From positions 1 through 30,360 of the forward strand of contig JAQTNI010000012.1 of NCBI GenBank assembly GCA_028713935.1: 30,360 nt of DNA, read 5' to 3'. A model generated the notes under the pieces. That model was not told the DNA's origin and did not search any database. It was given only the letters and a program-made list of their open reading frames with translations. Below, one piece after another: positions 7,421-16,700 of this stretch; the first letter of the stretch is position 1; every line of letters begins with the position of its first letter. The position numbers and the translations under genes were made by a program. This DNA comes from Candidatus Iainarchaeum sp. Lineage in GTDB: Archaea > Iainarchaeota > Iainarchaeia > Iainarchaeales > GCA-2688035.

Positions 7421-7470
7421 TCGTAAGAAAAAATTTGTTTAATGGAGGTGGCGAGAATTTAAGGAAAAAA

Positions 7471-8001
7471 CTAGAATTTTAATTCTTTAAAATCGTGGAT
7501 GTTTAATCCATATTTTTTGTAAACTTCTTCAACGCCAATTGAAGTTGCCTGTGAACGGGAAAAGCCGAGCAGTTTCACTGTTTTTTCAATTTCTGTTTTG
7601 CTTTTGGCTTCTATTTCCAAATAGGGGGGAATTTTTGGCCAAAAGTCAATTTCAATTTCTGTTTTGCCAAGCTTATAACTGATTCTTTTGTTTTCCTGAT
7701 AGGCTTTTGCAAAAAAACCAAGCTTGTTCAGCAAAAGATTTGTTTTTTCAAAATCGCTTACAGTTATTTCAGTTTCTTTTGTGCCGTCAATTTTGTTGCT
7801 TTGGATTTCTTTTACTGCAAGAGTTGTTTTTTCACCATTGTAGCGCAGCCTTAACCAATAGCCTGTTTTTCCCGGCATTAAGTCATAAACAAACCTGTGC
7901 ATATTGCGTTCAAGCACTTTTTTTGCACCGATTTTTTTTAACCGCGCTTTTACGCTTTCAACATCAATGCCAAGAATTTTTACTTCAAGCTCAGTTTCCA
8001 T
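7471..8001 (-). CDS. CYTH domain protein (CyaB-like class IV adenylate cyclase / triphosphatase family)
   Basis: 176 aa with the N-terminal ELEVKI signature (ExExK), then WLRLRY, TEIEIDFWP and PYLEIEA, which fit the CYTH beta-barrel pattern. Confidence 0.75.
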   Translation of the reverse strand: METELEVKILGIDVESVKARLKKIGAKKVLERNMHRFVYDLMPGKTGYWLRLRYNGEKTTLAVKEIQSNKIDGTKETEITVSDFEKTNLLLNKLGFFAKAYQENKRISYKLGKTEIEIDFWPKIPPYLEIEAKSKTEIEKTVKLLGFSRSQATSIGVEEVYKKYGLNIHDFKELKF

Positions 8002-8115
8002 GGTAAAATAGGTTGCAGAATAGTATTAAATTTTTATCAAAAAACTGATTTTTAAAAAAACCGCAAGGGTTAAAAACCACTTAAGCCTTATAATAAACAA
8101 TTAAAAGGTGCTTTA

Positions 8116-8508
8116 ATGAAAATTCAGCCAAAAGAAAAAATGGTTTTTTTTGCAGTACTGCTGATTTTAATGATTGCCATTACTGGCTGTGTTGGCGGAG
8201 ATGCAAAAACACTTGAAAATGGCTGCAATCAATTGGAAGCAACTTTTGGAAATACTGATGGCGTGACAGAAGCAAAAACCTGTGTCCCGCCACAGGGAAG
8301 CCTGCTTTCTGATTTGGTTGCTTTCTCTGGGCAGGGAGATTCCACAAAAACTGCTTTTGTTGAGGCAACCTGCACGTATAACACTTGGCCTGCAAGCTGG
8401 TTCGCAAAATGGCAGATTCCAATAGTAACAGTGAATTCTTGCACTGATGGCTGCATAGTGAAGACAGATGGAGGCGCTGTTTGCGCTGAAAATTTTACTG
8501 CAACGTAA
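8116..8508 (+). CDS. Cys-rich secreted lipoprotein, paralog 1 of a 3-gene family
   Basis: Signal peptide plus lipobox (LMIAITGC). The mature part has 8 Cys after the lipobox Cys, in a pattern shared with the next two genes. SD AAGGTG (8105-8110). Confidence 0.65.
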   Translation: MKIQPKEKMVFFAVLLILMIAITGCVGGDAKTLENGCNQLEATFGNTDGVTEAKTCVPPQGSLLSDLVAFSGQGDSTKTAFVEATCTYNTWPASWFAKWQIPIVTVNSCTDGCIVKTDGGAVCAENFTAT

Positions 8509-8552
8509 TGCTTTGATAGGAATAATTGGATAATAAAAAAAAGGTGTTTTTT

Positions 8553-8996
8553 TTGAAAAAAAATTCTTTGAAAATTGCAATTGTTTTGCCTGTATTATTG
8601 GCAACAATTGCCTTGGCTGGTTGTGCTGGCGACCCTTTTCAGCAATCGCAGGCTTATTGTGATGCGCAAAGCCAGGCATATGGTGAAATTGCAAATATTT
8701 GCCTTCCGGCTGGCTCTCCCCAATTAAATGCTGCTGCGGGATTCAACCAAGCGCCTATTCCAACGTATGCAAGTGCAGTGCAGACCAAATGCGTATGGAA
8801 TCCTGGAGTTTTTGGAATTGGCAGCAGTTGGACTCTGACAATTCCTGTACTAAAGGAATGCACTCCAGACCAGTATGCTGGCTGCAAATTGGATTCTGAT
8901 GGAATAAATGCGGATTGTTATAACCCGACAAATGATGATGGGCATACAATCCCTCCGATTGACGATGGAACTGGCGGAACTTTGCCTGAAATGTAA
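8553..8996 (+). CDS. Cys-rich secreted lipoprotein, paralog 2
   Basis: The TTG at 8553 lies 6 nt after SD AAGGTG (8541-8546) and gives (M)KKNSLKIAIVLPVLLATIALAGC, a classic LAGC lipobox. The track ORF starts at 8526. The Cys pattern and the W-x-L/I-x-I/V-P/x-V motif are shared with its neighbours. Confidence 0.65.
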   Translation: MKKNSLKIAIVLPVLLATIALAGCAGDPFQQSQAYCDAQSQAYGEIANICLPAGSPQLNAAAGFNQAPIPTYASAVQTKCVWNPGVFGIGSSWTLTIPVLKECTPDQYAGCKLDSDGINADCYNPTNDDGHTIPPIDDGTGGTLPEM

Positions 8997-9053
8997 AAAC
9001 CAAAAACATTAAGAATAACCTGAAACATAATCAAAATTGAAAAAGGTGTTTGA

Positions 9054-9635
9054 TTGAACCAGAAAGGAATTGCCCCTGCAGTAATTGTTTTGGCTGTAAT
9101 TGTAGTTCTTGGATTTGCATGGCTGTTTGTTCTTCCAGCAGTAATGGATTTGGTTAATGGAACCTGCAATGCTTTGGAAGAAAAATATCCTAATGGCGAT
9201 GCGTGGGAAAATGTTTGCCTTAACCCGAATGATCAGGCAGCAAAAGATTCTTTGGCTGCATTCGGCGTGAATATGAATTCTTTGGCACAGGACAGGAACA
9301 GCATTGCAAAGGTTTCCTGTGTTAAAAGCACGAGTGCTTTGTGCCCAATAATTCCCTGCTGGCAATTGCCAAGCGCAGAAATAACTGTAACCTGCGAGCC
9401 TGGTGAAAGATGTGTTAAAGCTGACAGTGCGCAGGAGGCCGCATGCGAAGCAAATATAGCGCCATGCAATAACAATGGAACCTGTGATGCCTGGGAAGAC
9501 AGTTCAAATTGCCCTGCTGATTGTCTTGTAGAAGGGCCCTGCAATAACAATGGAATTTGTGAAAACGGAAGCAATGATACAAACGACATAGGGGAGAATG
9601 CTGCAAATTGCCCCAATGACTGCATAGAATTGTAA
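9054..9635 (+). CDS. Cys-rich paralog 3 with an archaeal class III (type IV pilin-like) signal peptide and two C-terminal CNNNGxC...NCPxDC modules
   Basis: TTG start 5 nt after SD AAGGTG. The N-terminus MNQKG/IAPAVIVLAVIVVLGFAWLF matches the archaeal pilin/archaellin N-terminal pattern (K/R-G followed by [IV]-[SA]-P-x-I and a hydrophobic helix). The core aligns with paralogs 1 and 2. Confidence 0.65.
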   Translation: MNQKGIAPAVIVLAVIVVLGFAWLFVLPAVMDLVNGTCNALEEKYPNGDAWENVCLNPNDQAAKDSLAAFGVNMNSLAQDRNSIAKVSCVKSTSALCPIIPCWQLPSAEITVTCEPGERCVKADSAQEAACEANIAPCNNNGTCDAWEDSSNCPADCLVEGPCNNNGICENGSNDTNDIGENAANCPNDCIEL

Positions 9636-9735
9636 TTTTTAAATTTCTTATTTTTGTTATTTTCTTGTTTTTATGCCGGTTTTTGGCATGCACAAAAAAT
9701 AAATAGCCAAAGGGACTAATTATCATTTGGTTTGC

Positions 9736-10419
9736 ATGGCTTTGAATGAAGGGACAATTGAATCTCTGGCTTTAAGGTATGTAAAGCCGGGAATGGTTTT
9801 GGCTCTGGGCACTTCAGGGCATTCTGAAACTTTCTTAAAAAAAATTGCTTTTGAAATTGAAGAAAAAGGCCTGAATGTAAGCGTTGTGCCGACTTCCCAC
9901 AGGATAGCTGAATTGCTTGCAAGCCTGAAAATTCCAGTTACTTCTTTAAATGAAAATGAAATTGATGTTGCTTTTGAATTTGTTTCACAGGTTGACAGGG
10001 ATTTCAATTTTGTAAAAACAGATTCAACAAGCCTTGTGCGCGACAAAATGATTGCGCAAAGCGCTGAAGAACTGATTGTTGTTGCGGGCAAAAAAGATTT
10101 TGTGGAAAGAATAAGCGGCACAATTCCTTTTGAAATAGTGCATTTTGGATGGAAACGCACAATCATACAGCTTGAAAAGCTTGGAGAAGCACACCTGAGA
10201 AAAATAGGCGGAAAGGAATACAGGACTGAATCAAACAACCTGGTTGCGGACGTAAAAATTGACGATATTTATGATTTGTATGAAATAGAATCACAGGCAA
10301 AAGAAGTTCCGGGAGTAATAGAAACAGGCCTGTTCATTGGCTATGCTGACAGGATAATCCTGCATAACCACGGCCTTGAAGTGAAAAGCAGGCTTGATTT
10401 TGAAAAAAGCTTTTCTTAA
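9736..10419 (+). CDS. RpiA-like protein (ribose-5-phosphate isomerase A fold) with substituted signature motifs
   Basis: Collinear with canonical RpiA: ALRYVKPGMVLALGTSGHSE corresponds to the GxGTGST region, FVSQVDRD to DGADE, VKTDSTSLVRDK to KGGGAALTREK, and GVIETGLF to GVVxxGLF. ATG at 9736; the track ORF starts at the TTG at 9727. Confidence 0.65.
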   Translation: MALNEGTIESLALRYVKPGMVLALGTSGHSETFLKKIAFEIEEKGLNVSVVPTSHRIAELLASLKIPVTSLNENEIDVAFEFVSQVDRDFNFVKTDSTSLVRDKMIAQSAEELIVVAGKKDFVERISGTIPFEIVHFGWKRTIIQLEKLGEAHLRKIGGKEYRTESNNLVADVKIDDIYDLYEIESQAKEVPGVIETGLFIGYADRIILHNHGLEVKSRLDFEKSFS

Positions 10420-10551
10420 AAAGAAAACCTTGGAAAAGAAAGATGCTCAGCATCTAGTTCGCTATGCTCGCAAAAGCCCTGAAAAATTGAAACGATTTCT
10501 TTTAAAAACCAGCCAAACAAAAAATAATTTGCATTATTGAGAGTGAAGACT

Positions 10552-10640
10552 GCCTCGGTAGCTCAGCCTGGTGGAGCGTTCGACTCATAGGTTTTTATTG
10601 AGAAATCGAAAGGTCGCGGGTTCATATCCCGCCCGAGGCA
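10552..10640 (+). tRNA. tRNA with CAU anticodon (elongator Met, or Ile2 if C34 is modified) with a 15-nt intron
   Basis: Acceptor GCCTCGG/CCGAGGC plus A; D-arm GCTC/GAGC; anticodon stem TTCGA/TCGAA with CAT at 10586-10588. The insert GGTTTTTATTGAGAA (10590-10604) follows position 37. T-arm GCGGG/TTCATAT/CCCGC. It lacks the initiator-type A1:U72. Confidence 0.85.
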
Positions 10641-10709
10641 ATTTTTTAATTATCTGCTTATCGCGCATGTTTACCAAAGATTTGGATTCTTTTCTTTTGG
10701 CAACCTACA

Positions 10710-10736
10710 TTTTCTTTTCTTTTTAAGAAAAGAAAA
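10710..10736. terminator. polypyrimidine/polypurine hairpin between tRNA-Met and the giant gene promoter
   Basis: TTTTCTTTTCTT (10710-10721), loop TTT, AAGAAAAGAAAA (10725-10736): a 12-bp perfect stem. A role as an oligo-T terminator for the tRNA is inferred. Confidence 0.4.
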
Positions 10737-10742
10737 GGCGGG

Positions 10743-10750
10743 TTTATATA
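10743..10750 (+). promoter_or_regulatory. TATA box of the giant gene (predicts a leaderless or near-leaderless mRNA)
   Basis: TTTATATA is centred about 31 nt upstream of the ATG at 10778, with no SD between them. Confidence 0.5.
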
Positions 10751-10777
10751 TTAGAAATTCGTTATTTTTCTGAGATT

Positions 10778-13700
10778 ATGCCGGGAAGAATGGACAGGCT
10801 GCTTGCGCAAAAGCCGGACAAGGAATTTGAATTTGAGCCTACTTTGGCAAAAAGCCAAGGAGAAGGCTTTTCATGGCGGGTTTTGAAAAACAAAAAAATT
10901 GTTTTTGGCATTGCCCTTGCAGCAATAGCAATAGCTGCAGTTTTAACAGCGCTGTTTTTTGCTTTTCCAGCGCAGGAAGGAAATTTTGAAATTATTGTAA
11001 AAAACTCTGATGGAAGCGCGTTAAGCGGCATTGAAGTGAAATATTCTGTTGATGGGCTTGAAGCAACTGCAAAAACAAATTCTGGCGGAAAAATTTTTTT
11101 GCATGCCAAAAAAGACTCGGAAATTTCTGTTTTAATTGAACAACAAAGCATAAATGGCACTGATTATTCAGTTTATTCCTCTGATTTTGTTGTTGCGGAT
11201 TCTTTTTCAAAGGAAATCCTGCTTGAAAAGCTTGGCGAAACAATTGATGAACGAACAATTGTTTTTCAAAAAACAGACGGTTCGCGCATAACAGGAAAGC
11301 TTATTACAATCAAATTGTCCTGTGCAAATGGATTCAGGCTTGCACAGGAAACAGCAACTGATTCAGACAAAGACGGTCAAATAAAAATAGTGAAACCGGA
11401 AGAATGCAATATTCTTTCAGCAAGGCTGATTGCGCCTCTTGATTACAGGCAGGCAAATTTTACAATTGGCTCTTCTTCAAGCATTGTACAACTTGAAAGC
11501 AATTCAGAAGCCTCGCCAAAAGGCGAGATACGTGTTAAAATTGTTGATTCCGAAAACAATCTTGTTACTGCCACTGATTTTACTGTGCAGTTGATCGCTG
11601 CAGAAGGCTTTGTCCGGGATGAAAAAAAAACAGATGGCCGCGGAGAAATTGTTTTCACTGATGTTGAACTTGGAACCTATTTTATAAGCGCTTTTGATTA
11701 TGCGGGAGAATATGAAATAATGCAGGATTCGGCAGTTGTAATAAGCTCTGGTTTGGAACAGGAAAAAACATTGTTTGCTGCAAAATCCACTAAAGGCACA
11801 ATTGATGTTAGTGTAATTGACAAAGCCACAAAAATTGGCATTCCAAATGCAACAGTGCAATTGTTTGCAGCTTCCGGAGACCTTCTTGCGGAAGAAACAA
11901 CTGGAAGCGAAGGTTTCACAGTAAAATTTTCAGTGAAAGAAGAAGGCACTTACAAAGTGAGTGCAATGCAGGAGAATTATTTGCCGAATGAAACAACTGT
12001 TGAAACAAGGGGAGAAGCAACAATTGAGCTTGAGGAACTGACAAGCGGGAATTCAGGCATAATAGAGGTTAGCGTAGTTGACGAAGACGAATTGCCAGTG
12101 GAAAACGCAAAAGTTGTCCTCAAAAACCCTGCGGGAGAAACAATGCCCTATCCTGCAAAATACACTGATGCAAAAGGCATTGCAAAATTTTCAGGGGTTT
12201 CTGAAGGGGCTTATTATGCATATGCGGAAAAATTTCCCACATTTGGGGATAATTCTGCAGATGCAATGGAAATAGACATCAGGGGCAAAAACAATTTTAT
12301 TGTGCGGCTGGACATTGGCACTGCGACAATAAAAATAAGCGCTTTTGAAAGCAGTGAAATAATGCTTGAAGAGTCAGAGGCTGAAATTTATGCGGAAAAC
12401 GGGGAATTATTGCAAAGAATTGCAATGCCTGATGGCACAGCGGAATTTTCCACAAAGGCCGACAAAAAGGTTTTTGCAATAGCAAAGATGCCCGGCTATA
12501 ATTCTGTCCAGACAATTCCAATGCAATTGTGGCCCAATGAAACAATTGAATTCAATTTGCAGATGCGGCAAAAAAATTCAGGTGCTTTGCCTGAAATGAA
12601 GTTTGAAGGGATTTTTAATGGAAGCCAGAAAACAGGCATGCTGAAAGCGGGAAAAGAATACCTTGCATTGTTCAGCATTGAAATCCAGGAAAACAATGAA
12701 ATTTCAAGGGGAGGAATTCATTTTAGGGTTGGGGAAGAACAAAGCCTTGAAACAGAAAAAATTGCGATTACTGGCGCATTATTTGCAATGCCTGATTCTG
12801 TTTACGGCGGAAAAAGCTTTACTCCGAATCTCGGCTATGATGCAGACCTTTCAGATTCGATAACAGAGGCAAAATGGGTTAACATTGAATTTGTGCCTGG
12901 TTCGGAAGGCAAAAAATATTTTGTGGGCTTTGAATTCAAGGTGAAAAAAGAAACCCAGCCAAATGGCCTGCTTGCATTGCATTACAGGGCATGGTTTGAA
13001 AGCAATTCAGGAAAATTTCTGCGGATTCCGGAAGACTCTGAGTTGGGGGATTCTGAAAGCACTGCATCAAAACAGGGGTTGTATGCAAAGACACTTGATT
13101 TGGAGTTTGGAGAGGGAATTGACACTGACTGCGGGGAAAGCGTTTGTTACGGCAATGAATGGATTTTTGGCAACCATGAAAAAGAGCTGCAGAGGGAAAA
13201 TTATTCGCTTGGCCTTGACAGGGATTACAACCTGAATTTTGAAATAAAAAACAATTCCGATGCAGCAATTGAGAAGCCGGAAATTTCCATAATTGGAAGC
13301 AATGCGGAAGATGTGGAATTCAAAAACCTGATAGCTTACAATAAAGCAAAAAAAACATTGGAATCAAAAAAAGGAAACATTGAAAATTTTTCCCTTGATG
13401 GCATTGGACAGGGAGAAACAGTAAATTTCAATTTGCTTTTCACTCCAAAAAAACCCAGCCTCGGCTATATTGAAACAACAATTTCAAGCAATGGCAAAGA
13501 AATCTTTTCAGGAACAATCTGGGTTGACACACAGGCGGGAAAAACAATGGCCCTGGAAATAAAGCCAGAGGAAATTCCGGCTTTTTTTGAAGCAGACATA
13601 AATGCACTGGTTTCAACGGAAGACGAAGGGCCTGTGCAGGATGCTGAAATATGGATGACAAGGACTCTTGCTGACAATTCGATTGCAAAAGAAAAAGCAA

Positions 13701-16700
13701 ACACAAGCAGCAGAGGAGAGGCAAAATTTAAGTTGGCGGGTGCAATGCCAGGCACAAAAATTGTTTTTAAGGCATTAAAAGACGGCTATTATGATGAGCC
13801 GGTTGAAAAAATAATAAGTGAAAAAGTATTTGAAATTTCAGAGGAAGCGCTTGAAGCGCAGATAGACACAAAAGAAGACACGCAGGAAACTCTTAGCACT
13901 GCAATATCAAACCTTACTGCCGCTGAACTTGAAATTTTTTCTGTTTCAATTTCAGGAAGCACAAAAAGCCTGCTTGACAAGGAAGCAATGGACAATTTTT
14001 TCTCTTCCCTCAAAGGGACAAAAATTCAGGCATTGGAAAGCAAAACAATTGAAATGGTAAAAGTGCAATTAAGCCAAGGCACAGAAATTGAAAAAGACGA
14101 AACACTTGCCTTGCAGCTTCTTGTTACTGTTATAGAGCCGAAAACAGGCAAAAAATTTGATGCAAAAATTCCTTTGGCAGTAAAAATCAGGCCTTTTCCA
14201 ACAGCGGCAATGAGCTGCATAAAAGTCGACAAGCAGGAATGGCTTGGCAGCACAATAGGCAATCATGCAGTGCTGGAACTCGAAATGGAAAACACCTGCT
14301 CTGAAGAGGGAAAAAGCGAAGTACTGGCAAGGTTATTGGCAAAAACAGTTTGGGCTGAAAATTCAATTGGAATTGTGGAAATTCTTGAAGCGGATTCTCC
14401 CGATGGCGCAGCGGAAATTTTAGGCGAAAACAACTGGAGAACAGTGATGCAGGAAATAGGGGCGGGAAGAAAAATAAAAGTAACACTGGTTTTCACGCCA
14501 AAGCCGGAAACTCTGGGAAAAACAGCGGAATTCAAAATAATTCTTGACGGGCAGAAAGAAACAGAACGCGGATTAAAATTTGTAGGCAGCACTGAAATAA
14601 ATGCAAAAATAGACATTGCAAACATTGGGCAATGCATAAAAACAGACAAAAGCCTGCTTGAAATAAAAAAAGGCGCAAGCTCTGCGGATTTTTCAATTGA
14701 CACTACGGGCTGCCAGGCAGCAGTGGAAATAGGGTTTTGCAGGAATGATGATGGCTGCAAAGGCGGGGCAGCAGAGGGCACAATACAATTAAGCGCAAAA
14801 AGCATTATGCTTTCCCCTTCCAATCCAAAGGCAAAAATAATTGTTTCAAAAGGCTCTATTGCGGGAATGTACGGCGTTAACATTGAAGCAAAAACCCAGA
14901 ACAGCGATTGGGAGCAGATAAAAACAATTGATGTTTTAATAGAGCCGAATGACAATGCATTGTTTACTCTTGACAAATACGAATTTTCAATTATTGGAAA
15001 CAGCGCTAAAGACAGCGCAACAGCATTCAACCCGAATCTAAGCGAAAATGTTGAAGTGATTGCGCCTGTTGATTCCTGGTACCAGAGCGTGCAAAACACT
15101 GAAAGCTTTTTTGACCCAGAGCTTGCAGGGACAGGAAAAACCCATCTTGAACTTGCAAATGCAAAAATTGCAGCGGATTTGGCAAAACAAAAAATGGAAG
15201 AAATGGCACAAAAAGCATCAGGAGAAGCAGACAAAGGCCAACAGCTAAGCGATGCCGCAAAAAAAGCCCTTGAACAGGCAAAACAAGATTCAGACCAGGC
15301 AGACCAAAAGGCACAGGATGTCACTAGCCAGGCAGGGCAATTGGCATCACTCGCTGGGCTTCTTCTTGGGCAAGGCCAGGCTGTCGAAGCAGCAGTTGCT
15401 GCAAACCCATTCTGCAAAGCGGAATTGGTGGCAGCAAAAGCAATGAATAAGGCATTACTGACTGCAAAAACAGCTACAATGGGTGCAAACACTGGGGCAC
15501 AGGCAGCATCAAGCGCAACAAGCCAGGGAAAAAATAATTGCGAACAAGGCCAACAAATGGGCAATCAGGGGCTGGACAATGCTGTTCTTGCACAAAAAGG
15601 GCCTTGTGAAACACAAACAATTTCCAGCAGGGCAGGGGAAGGCGCGCAACAGTCTGCACAGGCAGCACAGCAAATGATGCAGGCGGCACAGCAGGACCAG
15701 CAATGCGGGCAGCAAATGCAAAATGCTGGAACACAATTCGCCAAGGTTGGAACAAATCTTGCGGGAACAGGGGCACAAATCGGGATAGTGGAAACACAAT
15801 CACAAATAATTGCGGCATGTGTGACTGCAGGGCCAGCCCTTACTGCATTCAAAACAAAATTTTATGCATTCAAAGCAACTGAAAACGGATTGACAAGCGC
15901 AAATGCTGCAGCGCAAAGCCAAGCTGAAACAGCAAAACAATCCGCTGACCAGGCAAACAATGCTGCCCAAGCAGCAAATAACCAGAATAATATTGCGAAT
16001 GACCAGCTGCAAAAGCTTTCTGTTGTTGAAACAAATGCAGAGGAAGCCGCAGGATTTGGAAAAGGAAGGACAATTGGAATTCTTGGCTCTTATGTTGGAT
16101 TGGCAACTCTTGTTGGAAGCTACAAGGGAAATGCATACAATGCATATCTTGGAAACTGCCCAAACGGCTTCAAAAGCACTCTGCCAGATTTTGTCACAAA
16201 CCTTAAAGAAGATTCTTCAGACATTGTTCTGGACAATCAGAATATTGTCGGAAACTGGAATACTGAAGAGGCAAAAATTTTTGGCGAATACGAAAGCCAG
16301 ACAGCTGGAATTTCCTTTGAAAACCAAAACCTTGAATCCGAAAAGCCAGTTTATGCTCTTGCAAGATTATTGGCTTACAGGCACAAGCACGTAGAGCCAA
16401 CAACGATAATAACAGGAACATATGCGGGTGCAGGAACAGCAGATGCATCGGCAGCAGTTGCAGGAACAAGCTTCGGGCCTTTCAATGTGCCAGATGAAGA
16501 AGAAAAAATGCTTGTTGAACAAAAATTCCACTTGAAATTCATTGCAGGCGAAAAAAAAGCCTCGCCAGCAGCAAATTCCGATGATGCCTGCTTGAACGGC
16601 GCAATGTTTGGCATTACAGGGGAAAAAGCACTGCCAAAAATAAAATTGAATTGGAACTGGAATGAAAGCGAAGGAATTTCAGAAGACAATTGCATTGCGG

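Noticed and set aside
14263-15564. 433-aa ORF (plus several ORFs of 60-160 aa) antisense to the giant gene
   Set aside because: It lies entirely inside the 2502-aa ORF, in its GC-richer Q/A-encoding region, where antisense stop codons are rare. The product is low-complexity (A/S/F/C-rich) and has no start context. I treat it as a compositional artefact.
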